Source: the human T2T-CHM13v2.0 reference genome, Homo sapiens. Taken from it: 64,000 bases of DNA. Below, piece after piece: positions 58,115 to 64,000 of this stretch. Location of the stretch: the NCBI RefSeq assembly GCF_009914755.1, contig NC_060927.1; one strand, written 5' to 3'. Position 1 is the stretch's first letter. Each line of letters opens with the position of its first letter. The notes under the pieces were generated by a model that was not told where the DNA came from, did no database searches, and saw only the letters and a list, made by a program, of their open reading frames with translations. The position numbers were made by a program, and so were the translations under genes.

Positions 58115-60241
58115 GTGAAAGGCACATCTCACATGGCAGCAAAGAGAAAAGGGCTTGTGCTGGGAAACCCCCCCTTATTTAATCATCAGATCTCATGAGA
58201 CTTACTCACTATCATGAGAACAGCACAAGAAAGACCTGCCCCCAATATTCAGTTACCTCCCACCAGGTCCCTCCCACATCACGTGAGAAATCAAGATGAG
58301 ATTTGGGTGGGGACAGAGCCAAACCACATCATTCTGCCTCCAGCCCCTCCCAAACCTCATGTCCTCACATTTCAAAACCAATCATGCCCTCCCAACTGTC
58401 CTCCAGAGTCTTAACTCATTTCAGCAGCATTAACTCAAAAGTCCATAGTCCAAAGTCTCATCTGAGACAAGGCAAGTCCCTTCCACCTATGAGCCTGTAA
58501 AATCAAAAGCAAGTTAGTTACTTCCTAGATACAATGGGGGTACAGGCATTGGTTAAATACAGCCATTCCAAATGGGAGACACTGGCCAAAACAAAGAGGC
58601 TACAGGTCCCATGCAAGTCCAAAATTCAATGGGGCAGTAAGATCTTAAAGCTCCAAAATGTTCTCATTTGACTCCATGTCTCACACCCAGGTCACGCTGA
58701 TGCAAGAGGTGGGTTCCCATGGTCTTGAGCAGCTCTGTCTCTGTGGATTTGCAGGGTATAGCTCCCCTCCTGGCTGCTTTCGTGGGCTGGCATTGAGTGT
58801 CTGTGGCTTTTCCAGGTACATGGTTAAAGTTGTCAGTGGATCTACCATTCTGGAGTCTGGAAGACGGTGGCCCTCTCCTCACAGCTACACTAGCTGGTGC
58901 CCCAATAGGGACTCTGTGTGGGGGCTTTGACTCCACATTTCCCTTCTGCACTGCCCTAGCAGAGGTTCTCCATGAGAGACCCACCCCTGCAGCAAACTTT
59001 TGCTTGGGCAAAAGGTGTTTCCATACTTCTTCTGAAATCTAGGCAGAGGTTCTCAAATCTCACTTCTTGACTTCTGTGCACCTACAGGCTCAACACCACA
59101 TGGAAGTTGCCAAGGCTTGGAGCTTCCAACTTCTGAAGCAACAGCTCAAGCTGTACCTTGGCCCCTTTTAGTCATGGCTGGAGTGGCTGGCCACAGGTCA
59201 CCAAGTCCCTGGACTGCACACAGCACGGGGACCCTGGGCCTGGCCCACAAAACCGTTTTCTCCTGGGCCTCCAGGCCTGTGATGGGAGGGACTGCCATTA
59301 AGATCTTTGACATGTCCTGGAGACATTTTCCCCATTGTCTTGGGGATTAACATTCAGCTCCTCATTACTCATGCAAATTTCTGCAGCCAGTTTCAATTTC
59401 TCATCAGAAAATGGGATTTTCTTTTCTATCACATTGTCAGGCTGCAATTTTTCTGAACTTTATGTTCTGCTTCCCTGATAAAACTGAGTGCCTTTAACAC
59501 ACCCAAGTCAGATCTTGAATGTTTCGTTGCTTAGAAATTTCTTCCACCAGATACCCTAAATCATCTCTCTAAGGTTCAAAGTTACACAGATCTCTAGGGC
59601 AGGGGCAAAATGGCACCAGCCTCTTTGCTAAAACATAACAAGAGTCACCTTTGCTCCAGTTCCCAACAAGTTCCTTATCTCCATCTGAGACCACCTCAGC
59701 CTGGACTTTATTGTCAATATCGCTATCAGACTTTTAGTCAAAGCCATTCAGTAAGTCTCTGGGAAGTTCCAAAGTTTACCACATTTTCCTATCTTCTTCT
59801 GAGCCTTCCAAACTATTCCAACCTCTGCCTGTTACCCAGTTCCAAAGTTGCTACCACATTTTTGGGTATCTTTTCAGCAATACCCCACTCCTGGTACCAA
59901 GTTACTGTATTAGTCCGTTTTCATGCTGCTGATAAAGACATACCTGAGACTGGGAAGAAAAAAAGGTTTAATGAACCTACAGTTCCATGTGACTGGGGAC
60001 ACCTCACAATCATGGTGGAAGGTGAAAGGCACGTCTTACATGTTGGCCGACAAGAGAAGAGAGCTTGTTCAAGGAAACTCCCCCTTATATAAACATCAGA
60101 TCTCATGAGACATATTTACTATCATGAGAGCAGCACAGGAAAGACCTGCCCCCATGATTCAATTACCTCCCACTGGGTCCCTCCCACAACAAGTGGGAAT
60201 TCAATATGAGATTTGGGTGGGGACACAACCAAACCATATTA
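58115..60241 (-). mobile_element. THE1A/B provirus: truncated LTR 58115-58331, internal, full LTR 59906-60241
   Basis: tgtattagtccgttttcatgctgctgataaagacatacc LTR; internal region colinear with that of 49687-51151. Confidence 0.93.
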
Positions 60242-60910
60242 AAGCCCATTTTTGTTCTCAGGACTAGCTTATGATCTAGTTGGGAAGAAAAAAAGTTCAC
60301 ATAATATGGTCCATAAGCAATGCCAGTTGGTAGTATTATTTAGTGAGAGAAACAGTAGAGAAAATATTTAAATGTTCAGAAGTGGAAATGAGTGTAGTAT
60401 TTTAAATCTTTAGTGGAGGAAGTGCAATTGATTTGGGTCTCAAAGGGTGAATAGAATTTGGATACATGCAATGGAGAGTGAAGGTAACCTTAGAAGAGAA
60501 ATAAGAACTGCACCAAAGCAACAAGAAATAAATCAATAAATGTTTAGGAAATGAAAAGAAAAAAGTTCACTTGAGTAGAGGGATGCCTGAATATAGTTGG
60601 AAATGTAGGTGGGCGTCAAATTGTGGAGGATCTAGAATTCTAGCCTTAAAAATTAAATTTTTGTCTTACAGCTAATAGGAAAGTAACAGATGGTTACCCG
60701 TATCCCTTAGACCATTTTAGTATGCTCAGTCAACTTCCAACTGCCAGTATGTGTACTCTATGCCTTAGGACTTTTATGGAACCTTGAAAATCTGCTCTGC
60801 CTACGCATGACAGTCAAAAGGCACTGTGGACTTGACTTAACTCTATCCTCCAGGAAGAAGTTCTCAAGCAATGACTGATGGAAAAGTAGTGTATCAGTAA
60901 CTTCACTCAG

Positions 60911-61356
60911 TGTATTAGTTTCCTCGGACTTTCTTAACAACGTTTGACAAATTTGGGGCCCTAAAACAACAGAAATGTATTGTTTCATTTCTGGAGGATA
61001 AAAGTCTAAAATCAAAGCGTCAGCAGGGCCATGCAGGGCTCTGAGACTCTGGGTGGAATTCTTCCTTGCCTCTTTCTGGCTCTTGGTCGTAGTTGCCAAT
61101 CCTTGTTGTTCCTTGGCTTGTAGTTGCATAATGCCAATTTCTGCCTCCGTCTTCATATGGCGTTCTTCCTTTGTGTCTTCACATTGTCTTCTTGTAATGA
61201 CACCACTCATACTAGATTAAAGGTGTATCCTGCTCCAGTATGACCACATCTTATCTAATTATGCCTTCGATGATCCTATTTCCAAATCAGGCCACATGCT
61301 GAGGTACTGGGGTTAGGACTCATATTTTTTGGGGAGACACAATTCAACCCATAACA
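60911..61356 (-). mobile_element. MLT1C solo LTR nested in an LTR16-like ERVL LTR (about 60740-61570)
   Basis: tgtattagtttcct...aattcaacccataaca; host ends ctcaggtccgtttctgggagaaaccaaac. Confidence 0.85.
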
Positions 61357-63209
61357 TTTAGGGTAATAAAGTTCTGCAGTATGAGTTTGGCACCATTTCC
61401 CAGAGTTTCTGCATAGGGTCAAGCTCCAGTTGCCCACTGTGGTAGGTGAATCTATAACATACTCCTGTGGCTGCCTTTTCTTCACCATATCACTTTCCTG
61501 CTCCCCACCTGGGGTTCCCTCCATCTCTTGGTCCTTATCTCAGGTCCGTTTCTGGGAGAAACCAAACAAAAATAATGAGTCACTAAAAATATTCGATGAT
61601 GGGCTGACACATTCAAAACTTTTCTTTTCGACTTTAGTTGGCACTAAATCAATGTTTGGGGTTGGTGAGTGGCACATAGAGTGTACTGGAGTTGAATAGA
61701 GGCAAAGCGATGTGACTTTTTTTTTTTTTTCAATTCTACACTGGCTATAAAAAAGACTGGAGGTTGGAACACAGGAGGATGTCTTGCTTTCTATAAATCC
61801 TGCTTGTACCTGCTTCTCAAGTTCTGATTATAACCAGAAAGTTGCACACCCCCATCAAACACTCTTAACAAATAGTTTTAAGCCCTTAATTAATTGTATT
61901 ACCTGAGATTTATACTGTTTATAAAAAAGGTCTTGGTAGAGGTGAGGTTCAGCTTTGTAAATTTACAGATTATGCCTTTATGTGAATTAACTTCAGGGTT
62001 TCTTATACTCCTGGTTCACCTGAGGATTTCTAAACATGCAATTTCTGAAAAATTCTCCCTATTTCAATTTCTCCACCAATTTAGTTTAGCTCTTATTTAA
62101 TATACTGCAAGAAGTTGTTATTTCAAAGCAAGAAAGCAGAAAACAAATGTTTATACCCTAAAAAACCAACAATAACAACAATAACCTTTATAATATCAAA
62201 GATGGTTGTGGTGTGTAAGTCAAAGTGTGGGAAGGGTATGATTGCTAAGGGGGCAAAGTGAGATTATTTTCAAAACTCAGTTTCCGTCTCCTATACCTTC
62301 CAGAGACTTCTCCAGTAGTAACCCTGAAAGCAATAATCATAAATCCCTTTTACATATGAACAATCATTTGTGACAAACTTGAAACTAAAATCTAGATGAG
62401 TGAAGTAATGTGTAATCAACCCTTTGATCTCAGTGCAATGGTCCTTTCTGATTCATTTAGCAGCTGAGTCACTGGGAACATGCTTACCCTGTTTTCTTAG
62501 CCAGCTCTCTGGCCAGGAATAGAATCCTTTGCCTGGAATGTCATGTCTATTTGGAGCACCATATCTGAGATCATGCCCCCCACATTTATCCTGCTGTGGC
62601 AGCATTAGCATTAGAGCTAAGATGAAGGGGCCCACAAGGTTCAGTTTCTGATTAGATGTGCTGTTTTTCTGCTTGACTTATAGCACATGTGTTTATTATT
62701 TCATGATTGTATTCTGTGTTGTGTTCTAGCCGTGGTTCATTTATGTGTGTGTCCTTAACTCTTAGCATAGAAACTTACCCATAGGAAATGCTTAATAATG
62801 CTTGTTAAACAAACAGATTGCTTAGAAATCTTCTAAGATGAGGTATATGATAGAAGATAAAACCTTGAGCTTAGAGTTGAATATACACATGGAAGGTGAG
62901 ATTGGCCACCCATGAAAGCAAGCCACATAATCAGATGCTAAGAATTCTAAGTATGCATTAAGGAACTAGGAAAATACCCTCTAAAGATTTGTAGCTTTGT
63001 CTAGGTCCCTTTTACTGGTGATGTGTTTTTTAGCTAACTCTATTTACTCTGCACGGGCAAATGGTATTTTCTTAACAAGTGAGCTGGGGAGTAACAAAGT
63101 AAGAAAAAGGAAATGGGGTGAAGAGGTCTTGGTAAGTATATTTTGTCCTGTAGTGAGTGATGCTCTGCTTCAAATAGAACTCAATTACTCAATTCCCAGA
63201 GGAGATTGT

Positions 63210-63410
63210 CCTTACTTAGAAAAGCATCTGTTTTGCCCCGATATATGTAGTATAGCACTATAGTATGTATTACAGCATAGTTTTATGCTACGTATATGTG
63301 CAAATACACGCATGCATTTACTCGCTATTAATATTGCATTACGCAGTTACACAGCTAACACCATATTGGGCATGTAATGGTTAATTCATCATGTCCCTGG
63401 CATGTTTTAC
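63210..63410 (+). mobile_element. Probable MER131 ancient SINE relic
   Basis: tgtagtatagcactatagtatgtattac...tatgtgcaaatacacgc...gctaacaccatattgggcatgtaatgg is colinear with the MER131 consensus as I recall it; not confirmed by search. Confidence 0.6.
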
Positions 63411-63699
63411 TTAAGGATGCTTTGTGGTGTTACTCAGGGAGGAACACTATGTTGCCCAAAGTAAGGATCCAATATGGGCATCAGAGAGCGTTCTGTTGGA
63501 AGAGGCTATAGGATTAGAGAGACACCAGTCATCCCTGAGCTAACAAATAAAGCAGGCAACCAGCATTTTGTTGTGGGTGTTGGAGAGGCAAAGCATCTGT
63601 AAAGATTACTTTGAAAGAGAGTGTTATGTAGTGGCAGATGCATAAACTAAGGACTATTTCAAATAGTAAGCAAAGACCTTGAAACAATACAATAGCCAC

Positions 63700-63910
63700 C
63701 ATTGGTAAAGTGTCAACTCTGTGCCAAATATTTCATGTTACCTTATCAGTAAACTTCAACACAATGCTATCTGATAGGTGTGCCCATATTTTAGAGATGA
63801 GAAAATAGATGTGAAATGGACTACAGGTCACAACTTTTAAGAGGCATAACAAAGATTCAAAACTAGGTTTGTGTGATTTCACAAATCTGAAATCTTTGCA
63901 GTACACTGCC
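63700..63910 (-). mobile_element. MIR
   Basis: cccatattttagagatgagaaaat...aggtcaca...gattcaaaactagg core. Confidence 0.65.
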
Positions 63911-64000
63911 ATGCAATGCTTTAGCTCAGAATAGAATGAGACAATAGGATATGTTGATAAGTATCAATATGATATGTTGAAGACAGTCAGCAAGCTTGTA

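Noticed and set aside
60758-61210. 150-aa ORF
   Set aside because: Lies across MLT1C and LTR16-like LTR sequence; chance open frame.
63241-63330. Mitochondrial control-region (NUMT) resemblance
   Set aside because: Only generic TATGTA-type words; the colinear match to MER131 explains it better.

Overview
Primate (very probably human or other hominoid) AT-rich, gene-poor genomic DNA dominated by transposable-element fossils. I cannot support any host protein-coding gene: the long ORFs come from LINE-1, THE1 or Alu, and the rest look like chance ORFs. Main contents: a 5'-intact but disabled L1PA4-like LINE-1 on the minus strand (1-5495, running off the window) with an unusually long open antisense ORF0; several older L1s, one with a twin-priming inversion; five ordinary Alus plus one rearranged Alu; two THE1 proviruses; ERV1 and MaLR solo LTRs with clean target-site duplications (TSDs); MIR, L2 and DNA-transposon relics; and a 16 x 40-bp minisatellite (42093-42732). 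The most notable details are a TSD-flanked tailless U2 snRNA retrocopy (52518-52549), a 5'-inverted, internally deleted AluSp-like insertion at a canonical L1 endonuclease site (35925-36076), a probable ancient MER131 SINE relic (about 63210-63410), and an old local inverted duplication (11841-12379). I found no evidence of a genuinely new biological system. Subfamily names rest on recalled consensus sequences and need RepeatMasker/Dfam confirmation.
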